Origin: Candidatus Doudnabacteria bacterium
GTDB lineage: Bacteria; Patescibacteriota; Doudnabacteria; UBA920
DNA: 52,385 bases
NCBI GenBank assembly: GCA_038203095.1
Contig: JBBREH010000003.1
Location: 1 to 52,385 of the forward strand
Direction: 5' to 3'
Part shown: piece by piece, positions 19,073 through 27,849 of the stretch
How the letters are laid out: the number at the start of each line of letters is the position of its first letter
Numbering within the stretch: position 1 is the first letter of the stretch
Notes under the pieces: model-generated
The model's input: the letters and a program-made list of their open reading frames with translations, nothing else
Database searches by the model: none
Told to the model about the DNA's origin: nothing
Program-made: the position numbers and the translations under genes

Positions 19073-19370
19073 TGGTGCCGGGCCCCAGAGTCGAACTGGG
19101 CACGCCTGCCTCTTCCAAGGCAAAGTTGGACTATATCATCATCCCGCGTTTTCACGAGGGAGCTGGGCGCTGTTGTAGGATTATTGTTGGAACTCACCTA
19201 CTAGTCTCTACGCCTTTTCCGGGAGCTTATTGTCCGCCGGAACTTGGTTCGGGATTGTTCCTGCCATAGGCGGGAGTTTCCCCCGAGTTCACCCAGTTTT
19301 TCTCAATCCGCCTTACGGCGAATGGCCCCAAAGATTTTAGGGCAGCGCTCTACCGATGAGCTAGCCCGGC
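19073..19370 (-). tRNA. tRNA-Phe(GAA), split (exons 19370-19339 and 19115-19073)
   Basis: Spliced 75-nt product has acceptor GCCGGGC/GCCCGGC, anticodon arm CTGCC-CTGAAGA-GGCAG, T-loop TTCGACT and CCA. Confidence 0.9.
19116..19338 (-). ncRNA. Group I self-splicing intron (IC3-like), 223 nt, no ORF
   Basis: P1 GCCCU/GGGGC with U.G at the 5' splice site, P10 UCUUU/GAAGA, P/Q-like GAACUCGGGGGAAAC and AAUCCCGAACCAAG, R UAGAGACUA, S GAUAUAGUCC, terminal G. Confidence 0.9.
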
Positions 19371-19501
19371 ATAAATTTTTACTGTCCTACTTCGTCAAGG
19401 CTTCGTAGGGCACTTCTTCGCGATATTATTGTGCGGTCAGCATCTTTAGATAAATTGGTTCTGTCCTTGGATGCTTGTACTTCGTAGCCTTTGCGAAGAA
19501 G

Positions 19502-19576
19502 TGGTGGGCAATGTAGGGATTGAACCTACGGCCTACCCGGTGTAAACGGGTCGCTCTACCACTGAGCTAATTGCCC
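19502..19576 (-). tRNA. tRNA-Val(TAC)
   Basis: Anticodon arm acccg-ttTACac-cgggt; CCA end. Confidence 0.95.
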
Positions 19577-19729
19577 AAAGTTTATCTAGGCTCCTTTCAG
19601 AATGCCCCGTTCGCCTGCGGGGATGAATAGAACTATGATCTTCCTGCGGGGATGAATATCCTCGTAGGAAGGCGCCTGGATTTATTTTTGCCGTAAGCCC
19701 AACTATTTAAGAACTGCTTGAGTAATATA

Positions 19730-20086
19730 TCAAAAAAGTGCTTTTTTGGCAAGACTCTCGCTCAGAGCCGCGAAGGCGTTAATATCATCATTTTCGGAGG
19801 TTTTGCATTTGGTTTCCTGGCCGCAAGTTTGGCATTGGTGAAGAATGTGGTATTTGCCCTTTTGTAGCTCTAAACCGACAGGTTCCATTAGTCCACCGCA
19901 GTCATTGTTGCGGTCGCCGGGGAAGTTATCGACGTGCTTGCTCCATAAGCATTTTGGACAATGGTTGGTATAACCGTTGCCTTTGACTTTTGTCTTGCAG
20001 TGGCCGCATACAAAATTTTCGATTTTCTTTTGGAAAGTTTTTCCGGCGGAGCCGGATCCCGCTCCGCGGGACACATTCTTTTTCAT
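19730..20086 (-). CDS. RNHCP-domain protein
   Basis: FVCGHC...YTNHCPKCLWSKHVD..PGDR...CGGLMEP. Confidence 0.85.
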   Translation of the reverse strand: MKKNVSRGAGSGSAGKTFQKKIENFVCGHCKTKVKGNGYTNHCPKCLWSKHVDNFPGDRNNDCGGLMEPVGLELQKGKYHILHQCQTCGQETKCKTSENDDINAFAALSESLAKKALF

Positions 20087-20180
20087 AGAATAAATATTAG
20101 CACAATCCTAAAATTTTTGTTATCATAGAGGCGTAGTCGGATTCTATTTTTGTTCAATCTTGTTATTTTGTAATAATCTT

Positions 20181-21065
20181 ATGCCCCAAGCGGTTCACTT
20201 AGTTTCCCCCAATTTTAAAGACATTTTTGAGCCAAATATTGAAATTGGCAAGTTTCCCGACGGCGACAGCCATGTGCGGATTTTGCCAATTGCCGAATGC
20301 AAAAATGCTGATGTAGTGGTTTTTCATCGCCTTTATCCAAAGCAGAACACCCATTTGGTGACTCTGCTTTTAATTTTGGATTCTTTAAAAGAGGTAGGCG
20401 TAAAAAGTGTTACGGTTGTTTCTCCGTACTTGCCTTATGCCCGGCAGGATAAAAAAAAGCTCAACGGCGAAGTAGCCAGCGCGTTTGCAGTATGTAATTT
20501 ATTGGCACGCGCCGGCTGCGGCAAGCTTTTAGTTTGTGATTGCCATTTTTTAAACCAAGAGGGAGTGGCTAAATTTGGAGAACTAAATATAGAGAATATC
20601 TCTATGGGTAAAGATTTGGTTGCCTATGCGCAAAAAAATGCTTTTAATGGAGAGGGATGTGAGGTGATTTCTCCGGATATGGGCGCGAATTATTTAGTTA
20701 AAGATCACGGCGGAAAATCTTTTAATAAAGTTCGCAAAGATTACGACAAAAACAAAATCCATTACCGAGAAGTCGGGCAAATGGACGGTGAGTTTGACGT
20801 GGCCGGGAAAAATGTTTTGCTTTTAGACGATATGATATCCACCGGCGGGACAATGCTTCGCGCTTTGGAAAAGCTCACCGTGGCCGGCGCGAAAAAAGTT
20901 TGTTGTGCCACAACGCACGGTCTATTTTTATACAACTGCCTGGATAAAATGCGCAAATACACCGACTGCATTTTTTCCACCGACACAATTGTTAACCCGC
21001 AGGCGGAGGTTTCTATTAAGCAAAAATTGGTAGACTTGACTGAGAATAATTTAAAATTATTTTAA
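20181..21065 (+). CDS. prs: Ribose-phosphate pyrophosphokinase
   Basis: KFPDGD, YLPYARQDK, ISPDMGA, LLDDMISTGGT; ATG 20181 preferred over TTG 20160. Confidence 0.88.
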   Translation: MPQAVHLVSPNFKDIFEPNIEIGKFPDGDSHVRILPIAECKNADVVVFHRLYPKQNTHLVTLLLILDSLKEVGVKSVTVVSPYLPYARQDKKKLNGEVASAFAVCNLLARAGCGKLLVCDCHFLNQEGVAKFGELNIENISMGKDLVAYAQKNAFNGEGCEVISPDMGANYLVKDHGGKSFNKVRKDYDKNKIHYREVGQMDGEFDVAGKNVLLLDDMISTGGTMLRALEKLTVAGAKKVCCATTHGLFLYNCLDKMRKYTDCIFSTDTIVNPQAEVSIKQKLVDLTENNLKLF

Positions 21066-21163
21066 CCCCGTTAGAAGTTTGATTTAAAACTTCGCGGGCA
21101 TAGGTATTAGTTTTAATTAATAACTAATTAAAATTATAAATATATGGGGACTTTTAACGGGGT
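21065..21163. repeat. 99-bp MITE-like unit with 14-bp terminal inverted repeats
   Basis: accccgttagaagt (21065-21078) / acttttaacggggt (21150-21163), 13/14 match. Confidence 0.55.
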
Positions 21164-21794
21164 GTCAAAAGTTTTAGATCTGCTTAAGCAAACTGGCGCC
21201 GTTTTATCAAACGGCCATTTTGTCGGCACTTCGGGCAAGCATTTTGGAACCTACGTTAATAAAGACGCGCTTTACCCCCATACAGCCCAGACTTCGGAAA
21301 TTTGTAAAATGATGGCGGACAAAGTAAAGGAATTAGAAGTTGATGTTGTGGTCGGTCCGGCTTTGGGCGGAATAATTTTGTCTCAGTGGGTGGCTTATCA
21401 CCTTTCGCAAATTAAAAATAAAGAAATTTTGGGCGTTTATACAGAAAAAGATGCTGATAAAAACCAGGTATTTACTCGAGGTTATAATAAATTAGTTGCC
21501 GGCAAAAAAGTTTTGGTTGTAGAAGATTTAACCACAACCGGCGGTAGCGCGAAAAAAGTTGTAGAATCAGCGCGCGCAGCGGGAGCAGAAGTGGTTGCAG
21601 TCGTTGTAATGGTTAATAAAAATCCAAAAGAAGTTACTGCCGATTTTTTTAGCGCTCCATTCTATTTTTTGGACATTTTAGAAGTGCCGGTTTACAGCCA
21701 AGCCGATTGCCCACTATGCAAATTAGGAGTGCCAATAAACATAACTGTGGGCCACGGTAAAAAGTTTTTAGAAGAACAAGCTAAACTGCATTAA
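21144..21794 (+). CDS. pyrE: Orotate phosphoribosyltransferase
   Basis: GHFVGTSGKH, VVGPALGG, VLVVEDLTTTGGS; operon context. Confidence 0.85.
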   Translation: MGTFNGVSKVLDLLKQTGAVLSNGHFVGTSGKHFGTYVNKDALYPHTAQTSEICKMMADKVKELEVDVVVGPALGGIILSQWVAYHLSQIKNKEILGVYTEKDADKNQVFTRGYNKLVAGKKVLVVEDLTTTGGSAKKVVESARAAGAEVVAVVVMVNKNPKEVTADFFSAPFYFLDILEVPVYSQADCPLCKLGVPINITVGHGKKFLEEQAKLH

Positions 21795-21811
21795 GTCATT
21801 GCCATGAACTA

Positions 21812-22657
21812 ATGCACTGGAGATATTTTATGATCATTAATAAATATGATTTGCGTGCCAAAAAAGTCAATTCTTTAGTTTGCGTTGGGCTGGACAGCGA
21901 GTTTGAAAAATTACCCGCGCAGTTTAAAGAAAAAGAAAATCCGCAGTTTGAATTTAATAAGTGGATTATTGACCAAACAGCGGAATTTGCCGCGGCATAT
22001 AAGCCTAACGCGGCTTTTTATGAGGCTAGGGGCGAGCAGGGTTGGCGCGAACTTAAATTGACGATTGAGTACCTTAAGCAAAACTTTTCTGATATTTTTA
22101 CAATTTTAGACGCCAAGCGCGCGGACATTGGTAATACAAACAACGGCTATGTTAAGGCAATATTTGATGAAATGGGTTTTGACGCAATTACATTACATCC
22201 TTATTTAGGCAAGGAAGCTCTGAAGCCTTTTTTAGATAGAGTGGACAAAACCTCCATTATTTTATGCAGGACTTCTAACCCCGGCGCCGGAGAGTTGCAG
22301 GATCTTTGTGTGTCCTTCCCTCCCTTTGATGGGGAGGGTGAGGGAGGGGTGGAACCCGTTTGGCAAGTTGTGGCTAAAAAAGTTTTCACTAGCTGGAATA
22401 TGAACCGGAATTGTATGTTAGTAGTTGGCGCCACTTATCCTGAAGAAATGAAAATAGTTCGCTCTTTGGTTGAAGACATGACTTTGCTCATTCCCGGGGT
22501 AGGCGCGCAGGGTGGCGATGTAAAAGCCGTAGTGGAAGCCGGCAAAAATTCTCAAAGCTTGGGTATGATTATAAATTCCTCCCGCGGAATAATTTTTGCG
22601 GAAAATCCCGACCGAGAAGCAAAAAAGTTGCGGGATGAAATAAATAAATATAGATAA
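21812..22657 (+). CDS. pyrF: Orotidine-5'-phosphate decarboxylase
   Basis: CVGLD, YKPN, LDAKRADIGNT, CRTSNPG, VGATYP, LIPGVGAQGG, NSSRGI. Confidence 0.95.
   Translation: MHWRYFMIINKYDLRAKKVNSLVCVGLDSEFEKLPAQFKEKENPQFEFNKWIIDQTAEFAAAYKPNAAFYEARGEQGWRELKLTIEYLKQNFSDIFTILDAKRADIGNTNNGYVKAIFDEMGFDAITLHPYLGKEALKPFLDRVDKTSIILCRTSNPGAGELQDLCVSFPPFDGEGEGGVEPVWQVVAKKVFTSWNMNRNCMLVVGATYPEEMKIVRSLVEDMTLLIPGVGAQGGDVKAVVEAGKNSQSLGMIINSSRGIIFAENPDREAKKLRDEINKYR
22310..22351. repeat. Palindromic repeat inserted in frame in pyrF
   Basis: Core matches the reverse complement of 32717-32759 at 33/36 nt. Confidence 0.75.
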
Positions 22658-23739
22658 TGTACAAACTCATCCGTCCGCTACTATTTGAATTTGACAGCGA
22701 AGCTATACACCAAAAAATGTTAGCTTTGGGTGGTTTTATGCAAAATTCTTTTTTGCAAAAACCGGTGGAGTGGATGTATAAATATGAAAATCTAAGCTTG
22801 GAGCAAAAAGTTTTTGGAATTGAGTTTAAAAATCCGGTTGGTCTTGCCGCAGGGTTTGACAAGGACGGAAAAATTTTAGATTTTTTGCCCGCGATTGGCT
22901 TCGGTCATATTGAGATGGGTAATATTACTGCTTTGCCCCGCCCCGGCAACCCGAAGCCCAGGCTATTTAGACTACCGGAAGACAGTGCCTTAATTAATAG
23001 ACTCGGACTAAATAACCAGGGAGCAGATGCGATTGCTAAGCGCTTGGGTGGTAGAAAATTTAAGTTGCCAGTGGGTATTAATATTGCCAAGACTCACGAC
23101 CTAAATATATTAGGAGACAAAGCCGTGGAAGATTTTTTGTATACTTTTAAAAAACTCTATCCGCTTTTTGATTATACGACTTTAAATATCAGTTGCCCTA
23201 ACACTACCGAAGGAAAAACTTTTGAAGAACCGGAAGCTTTAAAAGTTTTGCTAGACGAAATTAAAAAAACACCGGAAGTTCAAAATAATTACCGACCAAT
23301 TTTAGTTAAAATTTCACCGGATGTAAATTTTGAACAGCTTGATATGATTTTGGAAATTTGCGAAGCGCACAAAATTGATGGTTACGTTTTAACCAATACA
23401 GCAAAGTTTAGAGATAATCTGATTACAAAAAGGGAAATTTTAGAAAAAATGGGTAAGGGCGGAGTATCTGGCAGGCCTTTGCGTCAAAAGGCTATAGAGT
23501 TGGTCAGGCATGCTTATAAAAATTTAAAACGTCCTTGTATAATTGGCCTTGGCGGAATAGACTCGGCAGAAGCGGCTTACGAGCGAATTAAAGCCGGGGC
23601 GTCATTAATTCAAATTTATACCGGCCTTATTTACGAAGGCCCGGGCTTGGTAAAAAAAATAAATAAAGGATTGGTAGAATTGCTTAAGCGCGATGGGTTT
23701 AAAAACATTAGCGAGGCGGCGGGAGTGGAAGCGAAATAA
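22657..23739 (+). CDS. pyrD: Dihydroorotate dehydrogenase (quinone, class 2)
   Basis: NPVGLAAGFDK, NRLGLNN, NISCPNT, VKISPD, GGVSG, QIYTGLIYEGP. Confidence 0.95.
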   Translation: MYKLIRPLLFEFDSEAIHQKMLALGGFMQNSFLQKPVEWMYKYENLSLEQKVFGIEFKNPVGLAAGFDKDGKILDFLPAIGFGHIEMGNITALPRPGNPKPRLFRLPEDSALINRLGLNNQGADAIAKRLGGRKFKLPVGINIAKTHDLNILGDKAVEDFLYTFKKLYPLFDYTTLNISCPNTTEGKTFEEPEALKVLLDEIKKTPEVQNNYRPILVKISPDVNFEQLDMILEICEAHKIDGYVLTNTAKFRDNLITKREILEKMGKGGVSGRPLRQKAIELVRHAYKNLKRPCIIGLGGIDSAEAAYERIKAGASLIQIYTGLIYEGPGLVKKINKGLVELLKRDGFKNISEAAGVEAK

Positions 23740-23925
23740 AAATGAAAAAATAATCGGACACATTTTGACGGCCGTAAAAATGTGTCCGATTATTAGATGA
23801 TCCGTAAATTTAACAGCCCATAAATGGGCTAACTACAGCGTATTCCAAAATTATCAGTCAGAAACGAATGGGGTTGAAGACTGGCAGTGTTTAAGGTATA
23901 ATTGTGAAGTTGAATTGATTTTTTT

Positions 23926-24012
23926 GCCCAGGTGGCGGAATTGGTATACGCACTACCTTGAGGTGGTAGCGGGAGCAATCCCGTGCAGGTTCAAATCCTG
24001 TCCTGGGCACCA
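23926..24012 (+). tRNA. tRNA-Leu(GAG)
   Basis: Anticodon arm ctacc-ttGAGgt-ggtag, long variable arm, CCA. Confidence 0.95.
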
Positions 24013-24072
24013 TTCGACTTATCCCACAAAGCGGGATTCACTCGTGGCCTTTGGCCATCTAGTATTTAAAAT

Positions 24073-24380
24073 ATGGAAAATCGTCCCAAATTTGAAAGCC
24101 CGGAGTTTGATAAATTTTTAGAAAATACGAAATCCACCGAATCCGAACTAGTGTTACCCAAAATATTTTAACCATTATTATTACTTCTTTGGGTTTAATG
24201 GCAGCTTTGGCTTGGGATGAAGCTCTAAAGCATTTATTTCAAAATTTACTTGGTGGCGCTGGCTCACTGGCCGAACAGCTTTCTTACGCCGTGATTATTA
24301 CCGTAATTGCGGCGGCGGTCTCGGTTTACGTGAGTAAGTTTTATAAGCGTGGTGAAGAAAAAGAAATTAATAAAAAATAA
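24073..24380 (+). pseudogene. Small membrane protein (DUF5654-like) with a frameshift in a T5 run at 24115-24119
   Basis: ATG 24073 frame joins the ALAWDEALK frame by a -1 shift, giving MENRPKFESPEFDKFFRKYEIHRIRTSV... Confidence 0.55.
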
Positions 24381-24382
24381 CA

Positions 24383-24964
24383 ATGCTTAACATTCCGGTA
24401 ATACTAGGTTCGGTACGCGCAGGCAGGAAAAGTGAAGCGCCGGCAAAGTTTATTATGGAGAGGATTAAGGCTTTGGGACACGAGTCCGAGTTGGTGGACT
24501 TTAAGGAATTGCCTTTGCCGTTTTTTGACAGTGAGCTTTTGCCGGTACAGCTTAAAGGCAAATATCCGCATCCCAATATTCAAAAGTGGAGCGGGATTGC
24601 TTATAAAGCCGACGCGTTTGTTATAGTTACCCCCGAATACAATCACAGTTATTCTGCAGTGCTAAAAAATGCACTAGACTGGCTGTATTTAGAATTTGAC
24701 CACAAGCCGGTAGGTTTGGTGGGTACTTCCAGCGGAATTTTAGGCGGCGCCAGAGCAATAGAGCAATTGCGCCCGGTGATAGAAAATTTTTCCATGTATG
24801 CCATTCGTGAGACCGTGGTCTTTGGTAGCGTGCAAAAAGTTTTTAACGATGATGATAAATTGATTGACGATTCTTTTAATAAAAAAGTAGACGGTCTGCT
24901 TGCCAGTTTAATCCAGTCTGCGGAAATTATGAGGGCTTTTCCACGGGCAAAAATGCCGGAGTAG
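24383..24964 (+). CDS. NADPH-dependent FMN reductase family
   Basis: ILGSVRAGR, ADAFVIVTPEYNHS, LKNALD, GGARA. Confidence 0.9.
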   Translation: MLNIPVILGSVRAGRKSEAPAKFIMERIKALGHESELVDFKELPLPFFDSELLPVQLKGKYPHPNIQKWSGIAYKADAFVIVTPEYNHSYSAVLKNALDWLYLEFDHKPVGLVGTSSGILGGARAIEQLRPVIENFSMYAIRETVVFGSVQKVFNDDDKLIDDSFNKKVDGLLASLIQSAEIMRAFPRAKMPE

Positions 24965-25231
24965 ACTTGAAATAGATTCCCTCATCTAACCGCGGATGAA
25001 GTCTGGGGTAGTTGAGTGGCCAAAAAACCATCAAAATTCGACGGTTTTTTGTTTGTCATCCCCAAGTAGCATTCGAGGGGTTCCTTAGCAAAGGTCAATT
25101 CAGTTGCCGTTTAAGGTGCTCCTTGCTGAATTACTGAATCGCTGATGACATCCAGCTCGGAATACATATTTGAAAAACCCGGATCACCCGGGTTTTAGTA
25201 TTTTTAGTATTAATTCGTATTTAGTAGAAGT

Positions 25232-26182
25232 TTACACCACGCGCCACTTTCCCGTCTCGTCCTTCTCCAGTTTTCCGGCTACTGAAAAGCCGGAGGCAAG
25301 TTTGTGTCCGCCGCCGCCAAAAATGTGGGCAATTTTGGAAACATCAACATTTTTAAAAGTTTCGCTTCTTAGGCTGCCTTTTATTATGTTGCCGTCTTGT
25401 CTTAAAAACATGGCAAACTTGGCTTCCGGCAAAGTGTTTAAGGTTTCTACCAGACCTTCAAACGCGGCCTGCGGTAAACTTTTGAATTCTTCCAAATCTT
25501 TTTCCGTCATTACAGAATAAATAATTTTGTGTTTGGCATCGTAGTAGGAATTTTCAATAGCCTTCCCCCAGGCTTTTAAAATTTGCGGGCTTTTACTTTT
25601 ATAAGCCTGCTTAACAATTTTATTTACATGCGCGCCTTTGCGGAGTAGCTCGGCTGCTACGGCAAAAGTGGAGCTTTGGGTGTTGCTATGCATAAAGGAG
25701 CCGGTATCGGTAATAATGCCGGTTAGCAGACAGGTCGCGACTTCTTTAGTTATTGACCAGTCGCAAAAAATAAAAAAATCGTAAATTAGTTCGGCGACCG
25801 AGGATTTTTTATGATCCACCACATTCACATGGCCAAAGGCGGTATTATCCGGGTGGTGGTCAATGTTTAAAATTTGAGATTTGAGATTTGAGATTTTAAG
25901 ATTTCCGGTTCTGTCCAAGGAAGAACAGCCAAAAGTAATAGTAAGGTCAAAACTTTCTTCCAAAATCTCATCTTTAATTTTATAGGCATTTGGCAGAAAG
26001 GATAAATTTGGTGGCACACCTTTTTTAATAGCGTAAGTTATTTTTTTTCCCATTTTTTCTAGCTGAAGCCCCATTGCCAAAAGCGCTCCGCCATCGTCCC
26101 CGTCCATGCGTTCATGCATGGTGAGGAGGATGTTTTGGGAGTTTTCAATTAAGGTTTTGGCTTGCTGGAATTGTTGATGCAT
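25232..26182 (-). CDS. DHH/DHHA1 phosphoesterase (NrnA-like)
   Basis: HERMDGD, IDHH, GIITDTGSF, GGGH. Confidence 0.9.
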   Translation of the reverse strand: MHQQFQQAKTLIENSQNILLTMHERMDGDDGGALLAMGLQLEKMGKKITYAIKKGVPPNLSFLPNAYKIKDEILEESFDLTITFGCSSLDRTGNLKISNLKSQILNIDHHPDNTAFGHVNVVDHKKSSVAELIYDFFIFCDWSITKEVATCLLTGIITDTGSFMHSNTQSSTFAVAAELLRKGAHVNKIVKQAYKSKSPQILKAWGKAIENSYYDAKHKIIYSVMTEKDLEEFKSLPQAAFEGLVETLNTLPEAKFAMFLRQDGNIIKGSLRSETFKNVDVSKIAHIFGGGGHKLASGFSVAGKLEKDETGKWRVV

Positions 26183-26292
26183 TGTATCGGTTTTAAGTTA
26201 TGGAAACTAGTACAGTGGTAAGGGATGAGTTGTATGGGTCAAAGCCCTATCACTTGCGATTTATTTCCATACTGGCTTCCACTCCTCACAAC

Positions 26293-26718
26293 TTACGACT
26301 CTTCGTTATGGACTTCTTTGAGCAACTCATCTATATGCTGTACATACCTCGGGCTAGTGTCCAAGTGAAAACTGATTTTAGGAATTATTTTAGTATGGAA
26401 GTTTTTATTCAGTTCTCCCTGAACGTCATAAATATTTTTTGCTAAAAAGTCCAAAATTTTTTTATCCGGCGCCAAGGTCGGCTGGACTCTTTTGTCGCTT
26501 TGAGGCAATGCCTGCTGTTCTAGCCTGTTTAAATTATTGGGAAAGAAAATAGATATCCAAACCTTTGCCCATTTCATATCTTTGCTGGTATCAACTTTAG
26601 TTATGGTTACCAGCCCCTTTTGCCAATCCAAATACTCATGCAAAACCGGTCCCAGCTCGTGCTGAATTAGAGAGTTAACTTTAGCAATGCGATTGGTGTC
26701 TTTTTTTATGGGTTTCAT
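26293..26718 (-). CDS. rbfA: Ribosome-binding factor A (with internal insertion)
   Basis: RIAKVNSLIQHEL, VTITKVDTSKDMKWAKVWIS, IIPKISFHLD. Confidence 0.88.
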   Translation of the reverse strand: MKPIKKDTNRIAKVNSLIQHELGPVLHEYLDWQKGLVTITKVDTSKDMKWAKVWISIFFPNNLNRLEQQALPQSDKRVQPTLAPDKKILDFLAKNIYDVQGELNKNFHTKIIPKISFHLDTSPRYVQHIDELLKEVHNEES

Positions 26719-26873
26719 AAAGCTACAAAATTACGAATTTATACAAACCTACGAAAAACTACAAAAGTATAGCGCGTCGATTTAACTGGTATGTTAAGGA
26801 TGACATATGGAATCTAGTTTATTTTTTAGATGACTTGATATTGTATCTTAATTTTCAACTTTTGGCAATGCTG

Positions 26874-27647
26874 CTATTTTAGGTTCCCCCACATTTGTTT
26901 AAACCACATAACAAAGGTTTGGACGACGGCAAAATTTTCTATAATTATTCCGGAAGGGTTATCTTTCATATCCAAGTACGCAATTTTATTTTGCCAACAA
27001 AGCGTGTCCGTCGAAAATTCGCCAAATTCTTTGAGCCAAATTTTCTTGAACATATTTTTTTGAGTTTGGCTTTTTTCGAGAAATTTTGGGAGCAAAGGCG
27101 TGTCGCTAATGATGCAGAATTTTTTCATAAGCGTATCAAAGTAAATATGTCGATTCTCTTCTATCCAGCCTGGTAGCACTGCTTCCATGCGATCAGCCGA
27201 AAACACAACGTAAAATTGGTAAGGTATTTTTAGTTTTTCTAAATCTTTTTTAATTTCCGCATTAATACTTTTTATGCCTTCCACGCCTTCAAAGAATCTA
27301 ACTTTGGTTTTTTGTGGCAAACCACTGCATAGTGCTTTAAACTCCCCTTCGGATTTTTCCAATTCTTTTTCCAAGGCTTGCAAGTCACGTTGCCTGCGTC
27401 CCACGTAGGCCAAAAGTCCGCCATAATCCAGTGCCTGAATTTTTTTAACTCCCCGCTCTTCAACTTCTGCCAGCAAACCTTTTTGTTTTAATTGCTGGAC
27501 TAGCTCATAAACGTAAGTCCTGGCAATGCCAGCCTCATGCGCCACTCGACTAATCGGCGAAAGACCAGCCTTTACCGCGCCTAAAAAGACCCTGGCTTCA
27601 TTTTCCGTAAGTCCCAAATCTTTTAAGATTTCTTCCACGCTTTTCAT
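26874..27647 (-). CDS. TrmB-family transcriptional regulator (paralog 2)
   Basis: LGLTENEARVF...RTYVYELVQQLKQKGL, KVRFFEGVEGIK. Confidence 0.85.
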   Translation of the reverse strand: MKSVEEILKDLGLTENEARVFLGAVKAGLSPISRVAHEAGIARTYVYELVQQLKQKGLLAEVEERGVKKIQALDYGGLLAYVGRRQRDLQALEKELEKSEGEFKALCSGLPQKTKVRFFEGVEGIKSINAEIKKDLEKLKIPYQFYVVFSADRMEAVLPGWIEENRHIYFDTLMKKFCIISDTPLLPKFLEKSQTQKNMFKKIWLKEFGEFSTDTLCWQNKIAYLDMKDNPSGIIIENFAVVQTFVMWFKQMWGNLK

Positions 27648-27652
27648 ATGTT

Positions 27653-27705
27653 CGTAAGTTTTCTGCTGACATAAATAGTATAAAATAGTTAGAATATTAC
27701 GTCAA
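27653..27705 (-). promoter_or_regulatory. Promoter and imperfect palindrome of TrmB paralog 2
   Basis: TTGACG(27705-27700)-N17-TATACT(27682-27677), then TGTCAG-N7-CTTACG. Confidence 0.55.
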
Positions 27706-27849
27706 TATTGAATAATATTGTCATAATTGCATTGACATTATGATAATATTTTGGTATTCTATCGAGTTAAAATAAATTCACCCTTTGTTTTGACTCCATA
27801 TAAATCCTAACCGGTAACGGGAGGTTTGGAAAAGCTCTGAGGAGGGCAT

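Noticed and set aside
18933-19269. ORF-track entries 18933-19118(-) and 19045-19269(+)
   Set aside because: They overlap tRNA-Gly, tRNA-Phe and the intron; shadow ORFs, not a homing endonuclease (no LAGLIDADG, GIY-YIG or HNH motif)
25120-25160. gctgatgacatcc resembles the 3' part of the fluoride riboswitch
   Set aside because: The required 5' GGCGATGGxGTTCGCC element is absent and no downstream gene is in the right orientation
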